This document shows positions 1 through 9,561 of a stretch of DNA of 64,000 nucleotides, in pieces; the first letter of the stretch is position 1, and each line of letters begins with the position of its first letter. Source of the stretch: Gammaproteobacteria bacterium (GTDB taxonomy: Bacteria; Pseudomonadota; Gammaproteobacteria; Steroidobacterales; SZUA-146). Both the position numbers and the translations under genes were made by a program. The stretch is taken from NCBI GenBank assembly GCA_045107075.1, contig JBGCFV010000001.1, positions 47,245-111,244 of the forward strand, in the 5' to 3' direction. Under the pieces are notes generated by a model. It saw only the letters and a program-made list of their open reading frames with translations, made no database searches and was not told the origin of the DNA.

Positions 1-284
1 GGCCCCGCCGTTTGGCGGTTTTGGATTGCGCTCAATCGCACGTGCCATTGAGTGGCAGTCGTCTCAGGCTTGTAAAGGTCAACCTGAATCTCGGCACTGC
101 TGACGCGCACCTCTTGCCCGCCTGACAACACAACACCTTTTGGCAGCGTGTCGTGGTATCGGACTAGCGTGTTATCTGTTTCGTAAACCGGGCGCACTTG
201 AAGTGCGACCACGAGAATCAGCAGCGTTGCTAACGCGCTGGCCACAATCATGGCGCGATGCCGTCGGCGAAGAGAGTGAATCAT
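1..284 (-). CDS. Partial hypothetical membrane-anchored protein (runs off the window start)
   Basis: Read manually: ATG at 284 overlaps the TGA of the upstream ORF (ATGA). The frame MIHSLRRRHRAMIVASALATLLILVVALQVRP... stays open to the window edge, with a basic N-terminus and one hydrophobic helix. Confidence 0.7.
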   Translation of the reverse strand, partial: MIHSLRRRHRAMIVASALATLLILVVALQVRPVYETDNTLVRYHDTLPKGVVLSGGQEVRVSSAEIQVDLYKPETTATQWHVRLSAIQNRQTAG

Positions 285-565
285 GGCGTCTTGTGCGCCG
301 TTGCTGCACGCCGGTGCGCGTTGCACTCCGATGGTGGCTCTGAGACATCGCTCAGCCATCGTTTTAGCAGCAGAGGCCAAAGCGCAATCGCGCCGGGTAA
401 AATTAACAGACGAAAGCCTGGCGTCCCCTCGCGCGCAGAAGGATCGATACGGTTGGCGCCGATAAACACAAAGGCAATGCCAATAAGCACCCCAACAACT
501 ACCCACGCCGTCAGCGCGTAGACAATGTACGATGCAAACGTAATGGCTAACGAATTCTCCATCAA
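281..565 (-). CDS. Small hypothetical membrane protein
   Basis: 94-aa ORF with two hydrophobic segments (…GFRLLILPGAIALWPLLLKRW), translationally coupled to the next gene. Confidence 0.7.
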   Translation of the reverse strand: MMENSLAITFASYIVYALTAWVVVGVLIGIAFVFIGANRIDPSAREGTPGFRLLILPGAIALWPLLLKRWLSDVSEPPSECNAHRRAATAHKTP

Positions 566-805
566 ACGGGCTCCGTCTTCGTGATGGTTCTACAGGGTGC
601 ACGATCGCCGTGCGTTACGGTTATTGACCAGAGCAGCGACGTAAATATTTCAGTACGCCAGGTCTCGCTTTGCATAGGCTCGCAAAGAGCGGGTTTCATT
701 CTAAAGCGGGTGGGCATGCTTACTCCTGTTTGAATCATCCGATTTCCGGTCGAATGTAGCTTTCGTTTTCGCGAGGCGCTTCTGACGCGGGCTGGCAGAG
801 TATAA

Positions 806-1669
806 CTAAGGCGAGATATTTTGGCTCCGGCGATAGTGTTGCTGCGCTCTGACGGCGTCTTCCACTGAAATAGCTACGCCGGCTCCCGTAAATACAACTG
901 TTTCTCCAGTGTAGTCCTTATGGATTCGATCGGCTTTGTTAGCCAGTTTTGGCAGCACTCCCGAGAGCTGCCGCGAGGCAAAATTCGCAACCCAGCTGTC
1001 CGGAATCCAGCCGCCCATATCGGCGGTTGTTTGTGCGGCCACTAATGTTACGTCGTCGGTAATTGAGAACATTGTCCACGCACCGCGGTTGGCGGGCAGG
1101 TAGATGGCTTTTTCATAGTTGGAGGCATCGAGGTTCTTTACTTTGTTGTTCACCAGCAGATTAAACGCAATAGCCTCACCTCGCTCTGTTAGCCGCCAGT
1201 TGTGCTCCCAGACCAAGTCGTTTGTATCGCGTGCAATCTGAGTGTCTTTTACGTTGCTAATGACCCAGTGCCGATTGCTGACAGGCCACGGGGTGTCGAG
1301 ATGCTGGTACCAGATGCTGCTGCCTGACTCGTCAATGTCGACCAAGTATTCGTCTAGTCGCTTGGTGTGCTGAGTGGTCGGATTCAGCGTGGCAAGCCAG
1401 ACAAGCAAACGAGGACGTTCGACCAGCTGATAGGCGACAACGCGAATCGTATCTTGAGATTGACCGCCCGTAACAATGGAAGTGCGTTGTCGTAAGTTAA
1501 TCATGTCGCCGAGAATAATGGTCTCAAGCTCCTCGTTCGAGGGGACAGGTAACACGGTGTCAGAGACCTGATTATACTCCAGTAGAGCGCTCGTCAGTTT
1601 TTCTATTGTCGGCTCGTCAGCTGCTGCGAGGCCGCTCATGCTCAGCATGGCAGCGAAAGCGAGACTCAT
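806..1669 (-). CDS. Secreted START/SRPBCC-fold lipid-binding protein
   Basis: START-like motifs YQHLDTPWPVSNRHW and DMGGWIPDSWVAN. Signal-peptide-like MSLAFAAMLSMSGLAAA taken as the start; the ORF extends to 1786. Confidence 0.6.
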   Translation of the reverse strand: MSLAFAAMLSMSGLAAADEPTIEKLTSALLEYNQVSDTVLPVPSNEELETIILGDMINLRQRTSIVTGGQSQDTIRVVAYQLVERPRLLVWLATLNPTTQHTKRLDEYLVDIDESGSSIWYQHLDTPWPVSNRHWVISNVKDTQIARDTNDLVWEHNWRLTERGEAIAFNLLVNNKVKNLDASNYEKAIYLPANRGAWTMFSITDDVTLVAAQTTADMGGWIPDSWVANFASRQLSGVLPKLANKADRIHKDYTGETVVFTGAGVAISVEDAVRAQQHYRRSQNISP

Positions 1670-1953
1670 TAACCCTGAATTATAAGACAAAAACTGGCCC
1701 CTCCCGCTGAGTTTTGTGTGCCGTGGTTGCCAAACATACCGCACCGTATCACTCTTTGCGGTCTCCAAACCTCCTGATTTACTCAAACGCGGGAATTCGA
1801 AGGGCGGTGTACTGGATAAAGTGTTGCACGTTCTGGCAACATATAGCCACTGCGTCGCTTAGCGTAACAGAAGACGTGGAGTGCCCGTTTGTTCTAAACT
1901 TCGCGCCGCAGAACTCGAAAAACGTAACCGCCATGACATGAAAGGACAGAGCA

Positions 1954-2406
1954 ATGGACTTTATTAAGAAACACGCCGATTGGATTCCAGCCATTATCAT
2001 CGCAATTATTTTGGGTGGCAGCTTGCCTTTCAAATTCACTGGATCACCCATAACTGATCATATATTCGACGTAGTCGGCCAGTTTCTTGGTCTGGATTTC
2101 TTTCGTACGTCGGGTGGGTACATTATTGGCGTAGCCGAATTGATCGCCGTTATTTTGGTATTGATTCCCCGGACGCGTGGTTTTGGTGGCCTTTTAACCT
2201 GCGGCATTATGACCGGAGCTATTTTCTTCCACCTTGCGACACCGCTGGGCGTCACGGTTAAGTACGATGACGCGGGTGTACCAATGGAAGACGGCACGCT
2301 TTTTTACACCGCTATTTTGGCCTTCGTCTGCGGCTTGATTTTGCTCATTCGAAATAAGAACTCTGTGCTTTCTCTTGTCGGTTTGGGCGGGGTTAAAGGC
2401 GCCTAA
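1954..2406 (+). CDS. DoxX-family membrane protein
   Basis: Four TM segments; FKFTG…IGVAELIA…GAIFFHL pattern typical of DoxX; purine-rich RBS (AAGGA) upstream. Confidence 0.75.
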   Translation: MDFIKKHADWIPAIIIAIILGGSLPFKFTGSPITDHIFDVVGQFLGLDFFRTSGGYIIGVAELIAVILVLIPRTRGFGGLLTCGIMTGAIFFHLATPLGVTVKYDDAGVPMEDGTLFYTAILAFVCGLILLIRNKNSVLSLVGLGGVKGA

Positions 2407-2604
2407 AGCAAGATGGCCAAGGCCAGTTTCGCGTTTGCACGGTGTTTGTTTAAGATGGTGCACGCGATCCAAAGCTATAAATAAAATGTGCTCCGGGTGC
2501 GAAACTGGCCGTTCCAGTCGTGGCCGCTTGATTAAATTAGATGCTTTGCTCCGTGTTTTGATTGCAAAAAAACGCTTTGCAACGGGTTAGTCGATATAGC
2601 CGTT

Positions 2605-3570
2605 TTATCGAACCAGGTTCCCGGAGTCGCGTGAAGGTAGCGAGCACACTGGGCCAGGTACAGTCAGGAAAAACCGGCGAATGGTGTTCAGGTCCAAGAA
2701 ATTTACGACTCCATCACTATTAAAATCAGCGTCTGGGTTAGTAGTTAGGAAAAGCGGCACGAACGTACTGAGATCAATAAAGTTGGTAACACCGTCATTG
2801 TTTAAGTCAGTGTCGCACGCGTTGCCAAAGCCGTCGCCGTCAGAGTCTGTTTGAGACGGGTTACTCTCAAACGTGCAGTTGTCCGCGGCATCCAGTATGC
2901 CGTCGGCGTCTGAATCCTCACCCGCGACAAGACCGCAGGCAAAGCCGTATTGAATGTGGTCGATTTCCATGCCACCACCACTACCGCTGACGCTCACGGA
3001 TGCAATGCCTTCGTCATGGGAAATGCCCATGAAATTGTCATCAAGTGCGCTGCCGTTAGCAACGAAATTGGTTGAGCCATTGACTTCGTCGACTTGTAAG
3101 CCGTCGGCGTTAAAAGCCCGGAACGTGAAGTCGTTAAAATTGTTCACCAGGGCAAGACCGACGTGAGTCGGTAGGCGCCCACCCAGCTGCTGGTCATCGA
3201 AATTAAGCGCAATTGTCGGCGCACCCGAACTGATACCAAATGACGCATTGTTTTGCAGGTTTATACCGTCAATGACACCGTCGTCTTCGTCTACAGAGTC
3301 CTGAAACAAATTGTTCAGCATGAATACGTTGCCCGCTACTGGCGTAATCCCCGGAACATTGAACATCGCGTCCTCAAAGTCTTCGAGGTAGAAGTACGCA
3401 AACGTCAGTTGGGAAAACGGGCTTTGTTGTTCGTTAAGACAGCCGCTGATTTGAGTGCTATCAAAACAACGATAATTAGCAGGCCCAAATGTATCGGCTT
3501 GAGCGGGTAGGGCGCTAAGAGCCAGTAAGGCAAGCGGTGCGTAGAGCGTATGCGATTTATTTAATAACAT
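2605..3570 (-). CDS. Secreted protein with C-terminal TSP3-repeat/dockerin-like module
   Basis: Signal peptide ending AQA; C-terminal DSDADGILDAADNC…GDGFGNACDTDLNNDGVTNFID…DFNSDGVVNFLD…FFLTVPGP. Confidence 0.8.
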   Translation of the reverse strand: MLLNKSHTLYAPLALLALSALPAQADTFGPANYRCFDSTQISGCLNEQQSPFSQLTFAYFYLEDFEDAMFNVPGITPVAGNVFMLNNLFQDSVDEDDGVIDGINLQNNASFGISSGAPTIALNFDDQQLGGRLPTHVGLALVNNFNDFTFRAFNADGLQVDEVNGSTNFVANGSALDDNFMGISHDEGIASVSVSGSGGGMEIDHIQYGFACGLVAGEDSDADGILDAADNCTFESNPSQTDSDGDGFGNACDTDLNNDGVTNFIDLSTFVPLFLTTNPDADFNSDGVVNFLDLNTIRRFFLTVPGPVCSLPSRDSGNLVR

Positions 3571-3685
3571 GATGTTGGATATCCCTGTGAGCTGTTTTTT
3601 TTAAAGCTTACTGTACTAGGCGCAGCTTGCATAAAAAACAGTTCATGTTGTCCATATAAAAAGCGGCTCGAACGCAAAATCATGC

Positions 3686-3931
3686 CTAAAGGGTGCTACC
3701 AGCCTTGTTCCTTGGGGCTAAGTGGAGTGAGTAAGCCAAGGGCACTTCCAGGCTTGTCCCTTCGGGACAAGTAGAGTGCGTACCCCAAGGGCACTTCCAG
3801 GCTTGTCCCTCCGGGGCAAGTAGAGTGCGTACCCCAAGGGCACTTCCAGGCTTGTCCCTTCGGGGCAAGTAGAGTGCGTACCCCAAGGACACTTCCAGGC
3901 TTGGGCCCTCGGATCAAGTAGAGTGCATGGG
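3686..3931. repeat. Tandem array of 49-bp palindromic units (4 conserved + 1 degenerate)
   Basis: The unit CCAAGGGCACTTCCAGGCTTGTCCCTTCGGGACAAGTAGAGTGCGTACC starts at 3736, 3785, 3834 and 3883, with a degenerate copy near 3686. Each unit has nested stems GCACT/AGTGC and CTTGTCCC/GGGACAAG. Confidence 0.9.
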
Positions 3932-3949
3932 AGTGCACCAAAGGCATTT

Positions 3950-4060
3950 GCCTGTCCGGCCGTTGGCCGGACAGGCTGCACGGCTTATCTTGCCGCGATA
4001 GGCGTTTCAATATTCAACGCCGTCGCGTATTTCATCGCGGCTGGAAGCCGCTTCTTTACA
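3950..4060. repeat. Perfect 12-bp hairpin plus inverted REP-like pair
   Basis: GCCTGTCCGGCC-GTT-GGCCGGACAGGC at 3950-3976, then CGGCTTATCTTGCCGCGAT…ATCGCGGCTGGAAGCCGCTTCTTTAC; shares sequence with 44934-44972. Confidence 0.75.
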
Positions 4061-4111
4061 GTTTGGGATGGGTTCGATTGCAGTGCGTTTGGTGCGCTTT
4101 GCGGGCAGGCG

Positions 4112-5197
4112 TTAGTGAGTAGCGAGCTCGGCCAGTTCTTCGGCCTGGTGTTCCTGACGCAATGGATCAACGAGGTGATCAAGACCGCCGGCCAGGATTT
4201 CGTCGAGTTTGTAGAGGGTCAGGTTGATACGGTGGTCGGTCACGCGCCCCTGCGGATAGTTGTACGTGCGAATGCGTTCGGAACGGTCGCCGCTACCTAC
4301 TTGTAATTTGCGCTGCTGAGCCTGGGCCGACTGTTGCTTTTGTTGTTCGGCGTCTAACAAACGCGACTGCAACAAGCTCATGGCGCGGGCACGGTTCTTG
4401 TGCTGTGAACGTTCGTCCTGGCACTCAACCACGACGCCCGTTGGAAGGTGAGTCAGGCGTACGGCTGAATCGGTTTTGTTAACGTGCTGTCCACCGGCGC
4501 CTGATGCGCGGTAGGTGTCAACGCGAAGGTCAGCAGGGTTAATATCGATTTCGTTAATGGCTTCAACTTCAGGCAGCACAGCCACGGTGCAAGCCGACGT
4601 GTGAATGCGGCCCTGCGACTCGGTTTCGGGTACTCGTTGAACCCGGTGTGTGCCGGACTCAAACTTGAATCGTGAGAACACGCTTTGACCAACAAGGCGT
4701 GCAATGATTTCTTTAAAACCGCCGTGGTCGCCTTCAGACTGACTCACAATTTCAACGCTGAATTTTTGTTGATCGGCGTAGCGTGAGTACATGCGAAACA
4801 GGTCGCCGGCAAAAATAGCGGCTTCGTCGCCGCCCGTGCCAGCTCGAATTTCGATAAACGTATTGGCGTCGTCGTTAGGATCAACCGGTATCAGATGCTG
4901 CATGAGCGTGCCGCTCAGGTCGTCGATTTGTGTGGCAACCGTCTGCAGTTCTTCTTTGCCCATTGCGGCCATTTCGGCGTCGCTGTCTTTGCTCAGCTCC
5001 TCGGCTGAACGCTGGTCCTCGAGGAGAGCTTGATAGCGCATAACGTCCTGCGCAACCGGTTCGAGGCGAGAGTATTCCTTCGACAGATCGCGGAACTGAT
5101 CTTGATCGCCAATAACGTCCGGATCAGCCAGCAGCGCCTGAACTTCGTCAAAGCGTTCCTGCAGCTGAAAGAGCTTCATCTGAATGGAGGATTTCAT
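4112..5197 (-). CDS. prfA: Peptide chain release factor 1
   Basis: GGQ motif ([17 protein letters not shown]), RF1-specific PET/PxT (RVPETE), [11 protein letters not shown]; start placed at MKSSIQMKL. Confidence 0.97.
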   Translation of the reverse strand: MKSSIQMKLFQLQERFDEVQALLADPDVIGDQDQFRDLSKEYSRLEPVAQDVMRYQALLEDQRSAEELSKDSDAEMAAMGKEELQTVATQIDDLSGTLMQHLIPVDPNDDANTFIEIRAGTGGDEAAIFAGDLFRMYSRYADQQKFSVEIVSQSEGDHGGFKEIIARLVGQSVFSRFKFESGTHRVQRVPETESQGRIHTSACTVAVLPEVEAINEIDINPADLRVDTYRASGAGGQHVNKTDSAVRLTHLPTGVVVECQDERSQHKNRARAMSLLQSRLLDAEQQKQQSAQAQQRKLQVGSGDRSERIRTYNYPQGRVTDHRINLTLYKLDEILAGGLDHLVDPLRQEHQAEELAELATH

Positions 5198-5315
5198 GGA
5201 GCGTATAGTGCCAGATTGCGCGTTGTGTCGCTGTGCTTTTTCATGCTCCGGTGAAGCGTGAGGCAACATTTTGAGTTTAACTTGGCTTTTCTGATTGGGT
5301 CAGTGGTAAACGGAC

Positions 5316-5620
5316 GGAGATTGCCACGCCCGCGGTGCGGGCTCGCTATGACTGGGTTCTGAACAGAAGCAGTATTTCAAGCGTGACCCGATACTGTCAT
5401 TGCGAGCGCGAAGCGCGCGGCAATCTCCTGCTGCAACTATGGCGTTTTTTATTGAAGTGATAGCACCCGGAGGGGGATTGCCACGCCCGCTGTGCGGGCT
5501 CGCAATGATACGGCTCTGTATAGACGTCGTACGTATTCGCAATGACATGGCTCTGCATAAGCGTCGTACGTATTCGTAATGACAGGTTTCTGAATAGGCG
5601 TCGTACGTATTAGCAATGAC
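5316..5620. repeat. Palindromic repeat cluster (GTCATTGCGAG…GGCAATCTC family) plus three 37-bp tandem units
   Basis: GGAGATTGCCACGCCCGC..GCGGGCTCGC.ATGA at about 5316 and 5473; inverted copy TGTCATTGCGAGCGCGAAGCGCGCGGCAATCTCC at 5395-5428. AATGA recurs at 5504, 5541, 5578 and 5615 (period 37) with core CGTCGTACGTATT. Confidence 0.85.
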
Positions 5621-5645
5621 CGAAGTCTGGAAGCGCAGTCAGTGA

Positions 5646-6905
5646 CTAGAGCTTGCGGCCGCGTCTACCGAAAAAGCGGCGGGCGACCTCGAGTACCTGT
5701 TCGTCGGCTTCTTCGGCGGCCTTGCGCATTTCGATGCTTGGAACGTGGAGCAGGCGGTTGGCCAGTCGGTCAGCCATCCATTGCACGGTTTCCATCGGGG
5801 CCTTGCCGGCGTTCAGGTGTTTTTCGGCTTGCTCGAGAAGCTCGCGTTTAATTTCATTGCTTTGAGCATGCAGGTCGCTAATGAGGGGCGCTGCGTCCAG
5901 TCCGTCGGTGTCGCGTGCGTAGCGTTCGCCGTGCTCGGCGATAATGCTTTCGGCCATTTTCGCCGCTTCACGTCGTGCGTCCAGGTTCTCGTCGACGGCC
6001 TGATGCAGGTCGTCAATCGTGTACAGAAACACGTCGTCGAACTCGGAGCTTGCCGGGTCGATGTCGCGCGGTACAGCCAAATCGACGATGAACATGGGGC
6101 GCCTCTTACGCGCACTCAAAGCCTGCTTGAGTTCCTCGGCCTGCACGACGTAATCGGGGCTTGCCGTGCTCGAGAAAATCAGGTCGGCTTTGGGCAGTAG
6201 CTCAGGCAGTTTGTCCAGCGTGTACGAGCTGCAGTTGAGGGTCTTGGCCAGCTTGCGTCCGCGTCCCTCACTGCGGTTGGCAATGGAAAGGGTGCCAACG
6301 TTATGGGTTTTGAGGTGGGTGGCCGCAATTTCGATCATTTCGCCTGCGCCGATCATTAACGCGTGTTTATTCGAGAATTCTCCAAATACCTGCTGCGCGA
6401 GCCGAATGGAGGCGCTGGCCGCCGAAGTAGAGGCGACACCAATAGCTGTTTCTGTGCGGATTCGCTTGGCCACGGCGAAGGCGTGGGGCAGCAGTCTGTG
6501 CAGCTGAGCCGCTACGGTGCCGGAGTCCCGGGCCAAACGAAACGCTGTTTTCAGCTGTCCCAGGATCTGCGGTTCGCCCAAAATAAGCGAATCAAGGCCT
6601 ACGGCTACGCGGCAAAGGTGCTCTATGACGTCGTCATCACGTTTGACATATAAACATTTCATCACTTCGTCGGAACGATTGCTGTTCTGAAGCATCCAAG
6701 TTTTCAGGGAGTCTTCGGTGGCATCGGATCCGTAGCAGTAGATTTCAGTGCGATTACAGGTAGACAGGACCAGAGCTTCCTCCACGCCGTCGAGAGCGCA
6801 GATGTTTTTCAGTTTTGCAGAAAGCGTGGTGGCATCAAACGCGACCTGCTCACGCAGTTCGAGCGGCGCGGTGTGGTGGTTGATGCCAATGACGTGTAAA
6901 CCCAT
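5646..6905 (-). CDS. hemA: Glutamyl-tRNA reductase
   Basis: GINHHTAP, STCNRTEIY, LDSLILGEPQILGQ, IGAGEM and DLAVPRDI motifs; start at MGLHVIG. Confidence 0.97.
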   Translation of the reverse strand: MGLHVIGINHHTAPLELREQVAFDATTLSAKLKNICALDGVEEALVLSTCNRTEIYCYGSDATEDSLKTWMLQNSNRSDEVMKCLYVKRDDDVIEHLCRVAVGLDSLILGEPQILGQLKTAFRLARDSGTVAAQLHRLLPHAFAVAKRIRTETAIGVASTSAASASIRLAQQVFGEFSNKHALMIGAGEMIEIAATHLKTHNVGTLSIANRSEGRGRKLAKTLNCSSYTLDKLPELLPKADLIFSSTASPDYVVQAEELKQALSARKRRPMFIVDLAVPRDIDPASSEFDDVFLYTIDDLHQAVDENLDARREAAKMAESIIAEHGERYARDTDGLDAAPLISDLHAQSNEIKRELLEQAEKHLNAGKAPMETVQWMADRLANRLLHVPSIEMRKAAEEADEQVLEVARRFFGRRGRKL

Positions 6906-7088
6906 AGAGATGTAGAAGTGCGTAGTTGGCCTTGTGATTATCGGTCCAATTGTCCGGGATGGTCGAGGCAATAACAAGTACTGAAACGGAGTCGGAGCGA
7001 ACGGCGACGGCTTTTATCGGCAGCGGCCCCTTCGGGTGTTTGCTATAGTAAGTAGAAATAAACGGCCGAGCGGCCAGGCGAGAACGTT

Positions 7089-8819
7089 ATGAAGCTAAAA
7101 ACCCCACATCTAATTGGCTGGACAGCCCTGTGCTGCTTGTCTCTGAGCGGCTGCGCTTCCGGTACGGCTGAGGCCGATGCGACCAAATCGTCGAGCTCGG
7201 CAGCCGATTTGGCCGCGGTGGGTGAGGTAGACGCCTCTCCGGGTTCCGTCGAGTATTACCTTCTTCTGGCCGAGACGGCCCGGCAGAAACAGCTTTTCGA
7301 TATTGCGGCCGAGAACTACCTGAAAGCGGCACGCATGAGCGATGACCCGGCGGTCGCCAAGCGCTCTACCGAAGTGTCCTTTGAGCTTGGACGAGACGAA
7401 GAAGCACTCGCCAGCGCTCTGCGTTGGGAGTCGCTGGACAAAAACGACGAATACCCGCAGGTGCACAGCTACCTGGCGCGGCTCTACACCCGCTTTGGTA
7501 AAACCAAAAAGGTTGTAACCAACTTGCGCGCTCTGTTGAAGTCCTCGGACGGCGACCTCGGCGACTCGCTGCTGGCACTGTCTACCGTGCTGTCCGATGA
7601 AGAAAATACCGACGTAGCGCTCGACGCCTACAAGAAAGTGGCGACCAAGTACAAGCGCAACCCGCAGGCCCACTACGCCGTCGGCCTTCAGGCTCTGCGA
7701 AGTGGTGAGTTCGATCAGGCTATTGTCAGTGCAAAACGCGCCACCGAGCTCGACGACGCTTGGGGCCCTGGCCACCTTTTATACGCTCGGTCGCTCATGG
7801 CAAACGGTGAAGTCGACGCGGGCATTGATTACGCAGGCGAACACATTGGCGGCACTAACACACCAGGCGAGCGTCTCGAATACGGCATGTTGCTAGCGGC
7901 GGTTGACCGGGATATTGAAGCGAGTGTTGTCCTCGAGCAGGTTCTTATGGACGACCCGAGCAGCGGTCAAGCCGCCAGAGCACTCGGCATTTTGGCCCTC
8001 AAAGCCGGCGAGCTCGAACTGGCCGACCGTTATTTCACGCAGCTACTTCAAAGCGGGCAGTCGACCTACGACGCGCTCTACTACCTCGGTGGCATTGCGG
8101 AGTCTAACGAGAACGAGCGACGCGCCTACCGCCTGTACAGCGAGGTTCGTGGAGGCGACAACGTAGTAACCGCGCAACTACGCGCGGCGTATATTCTGTT
8201 TCGTCAGGAAAAAATTGACGAAGCACTCCAGCACCTGGAGCGCTTTGCCGCACAGGCTCCCCGGTACACCAAAGAAATGGCATTAGGGCAGGGCGAAATA
8301 CTGGCTCGCGGCGACCGCGCCGACGAAGCGCTCATGTTGTACGACAACATGCTCGAACAGGATCCGGAAGACTCACGCACTCAATACGCCCGCGCATTCC
8401 TGCTGGAACAGCTCGACCGGGTGGACGAAGCTATTCACCAAATGCGGCTGATACTGGCGCAAGACCCAACAGATCCTACTGCGTTAAACGCGCTGGGTTA
8501 CACGCTGGCCGACCGTACCGACCAGCTCGACGAAGCGTACGAGCTGATAAAACTGGCCTTCGAAAAATCTCCTGAAAGCGGTCCCATTGCCGACAGCATG
8601 GGCTGGGTTGAGTTTCGACGTGGAAATCTTGAGCACGCCGACGAGCTGCTAACCAAAGCCTTTGACCTGCTGCCCGACGGCGAAGTTGCCGCGCACCTGC
8701 TGGAAGTGCTCTATACCCGCGGTGAAACCACTCGTTTGCAAGAGCTTCTCGACACCGTGGCTGAAGATTTCGAGGGCGACGAGCGCATTGAAGAAGTACG
8801 TCAGCGACTTGGTCTGTAA
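7089..8819 (+). CDS. Tetratricopeptide-repeat lipoprotein (the hemA-lolB neighbour)
   Basis: Lipobox LSGC; TPRs including ALNALGYTLAD and IADSMGWVEFRRG; conserved position upstream of lolB. Confidence 0.88.
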   Translation: MKLKTPHLIGWTALCCLSLSGCASGTAEADATKSSSSAADLAAVGEVDASPGSVEYYLLLAETARQKQLFDIAAENYLKAARMSDDPAVAKRSTEVSFELGRDEEALASALRWESLDKNDEYPQVHSYLARLYTRFGKTKKVVTNLRALLKSSDGDLGDSLLALSTVLSDEENTDVALDAYKKVATKYKRNPQAHYAVGLQALRSGEFDQAIVSAKRATELDDAWGPGHLLYARSLMANGEVDAGIDYAGEHIGGTNTPGERLEYGMLLAAVDRDIEASVVLEQVLMDDPSSGQAARALGILALKAGELELADRYFTQLLQSGQSTYDALYYLGGIAESNENERRAYRLYSEVRGGDNVVTAQLRAAYILFRQEKIDEALQHLERFAAQAPRYTKEMALGQGEILARGDRADEALMLYDNMLEQDPEDSRTQYARAFLLEQLDRVDEAIHQMRLILAQDPTDPTALNALGYTLADRTDQLDEAYELIKLAFEKSPESGPIADSMGWVEFRRGNLEHADELLTKAFDLLPDGEVAAHLLEVLYTRGETTRLQELLDTVAEDFEGDERIEEVRQRLGL

Positions 8820-9452
8820 TTGAGAGCTGTCGCCAGCCAAAAGCAGGGTTGGTGGCTACTGCTGGTCATTCTGGGCGCCGGCCTCGGCGGCTGCCAAACG
8901 GTTCCGCAGTCCGGAAGCGAGCTTGGGTGGCCAGACAGAGAAAAGCTTCTGCGCCGCCAGACGTCGTTCGAAACCACGGGAAGGCTCAGCCTGACTGTGC
9001 CGTCCACTACCAATCAGGCTAGTTTCGCTCTAAGCGTCGACAAGCGCGATTTAGGTCTGAAGCTGTCCGGTCCTTTCGGCATTGGGGCCATCCGGCTGGA
9101 AGTAACCGACGGCAAAGGGCGCTTAATTAGCGCTAAACACGGCAATATTGCGCTGGACAACACCGAAGAGGACCTGTTGGAGCTTCTGGGTTATCCGGTG
9201 CCCCTAAATGCCATCCGATATTGGGCGCTGGGGCTGCCTCAGCCCAAGGTGCCGTCGGAGCGGACCTACTCGGACGACTGGCGCTTGCTGAAAACCCTTG
9301 ATCAGCAGGGCTGGAAGGTCAAATTTGAGAGTTATCGGGCAGTTGCGTTAGACCCGGACAAGCCTGATGTTCAGATAGAACTGCCGCGCAAAGTGCGGTT
9401 GGAAGGGCCAGATGTTAGTATTTTGATGGTGTTTCGGCACTGGCGTTTCTAG
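8820..9452 (+). CDS. lolB: Outer-membrane lipoprotein insertion protein LolB
   Basis: Lipobox LGGC; GRLSL, LSGPFG, LGYPVPL…YWALG, LDQQGWKV and LPRKV motifs; synteny. Confidence 0.88.
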   Translation: MRAVASQKQGWWLLLVILGAGLGGCQTVPQSGSELGWPDREKLLRRQTSFETTGRLSLTVPSTTNQASFALSVDKRDLGLKLSGPFGIGAIRLEVTDGKGRLISAKHGNIALDNTEEDLLELLGYPVPLNAIRYWALGLPQPKVPSERTYSDDWRLLKTLDQQGWKVKFESYRAVALDPDKPDVQIELPRKVRLEGPDVSILMVFRHWRF

Positions 9453-9479
9453 GAGACGCAACGGAGTCGACAATGTCCA

Positions 9480-9508
9480 TTGACAGGCATTGATTTGCAC
9501 CGCAAAAT
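9480..9508 (+). promoter_or_regulatory. Sigma70 promoter for tRNA-Gln-prs
   Basis: TTGACA, 17 bp, CAAAAT, followed by a GC-rich discriminator-like stretch. Confidence 0.7.
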
Positions 9509-9561
9509 ACCGCCCTCGCGGATGGCTGAGACTCAGTCATATCCGCCGATTTCAAGACAGT

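Noticed and set aside
3686-3931. CRISPR array
   Set aside because: Units are contiguous near-identical 49-mers with no unique spacers, and there are no cas genes in the window.
3686-4010. Short ORFs (68-104 aa) over the tandem array
   Set aside because: Products of repeat periodicity in all three frames; no RBS and no protein-like composition.
3985-4111. prmC pseudogene remnant (QTVKKRLPAA…IETP resembles a PrmC N-terminus)
   Set aside because: The DNA is explained by the REP-like pair also found at 44934-44972, so the peptide resemblance is likely coincidental.
5504-5620. Mini-CRISPR (37-bp period)
   Set aside because: The whole 37-bp unit is repeated head to tail; no spacers.
7110-7775. 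Long antisense ORFs (also 24382-24966, 43866-44480, 57044-57670, 60025-60804)
   Set aside because: Shadow frames of well-supported genes on the opposite strand; no recognisable motifs.
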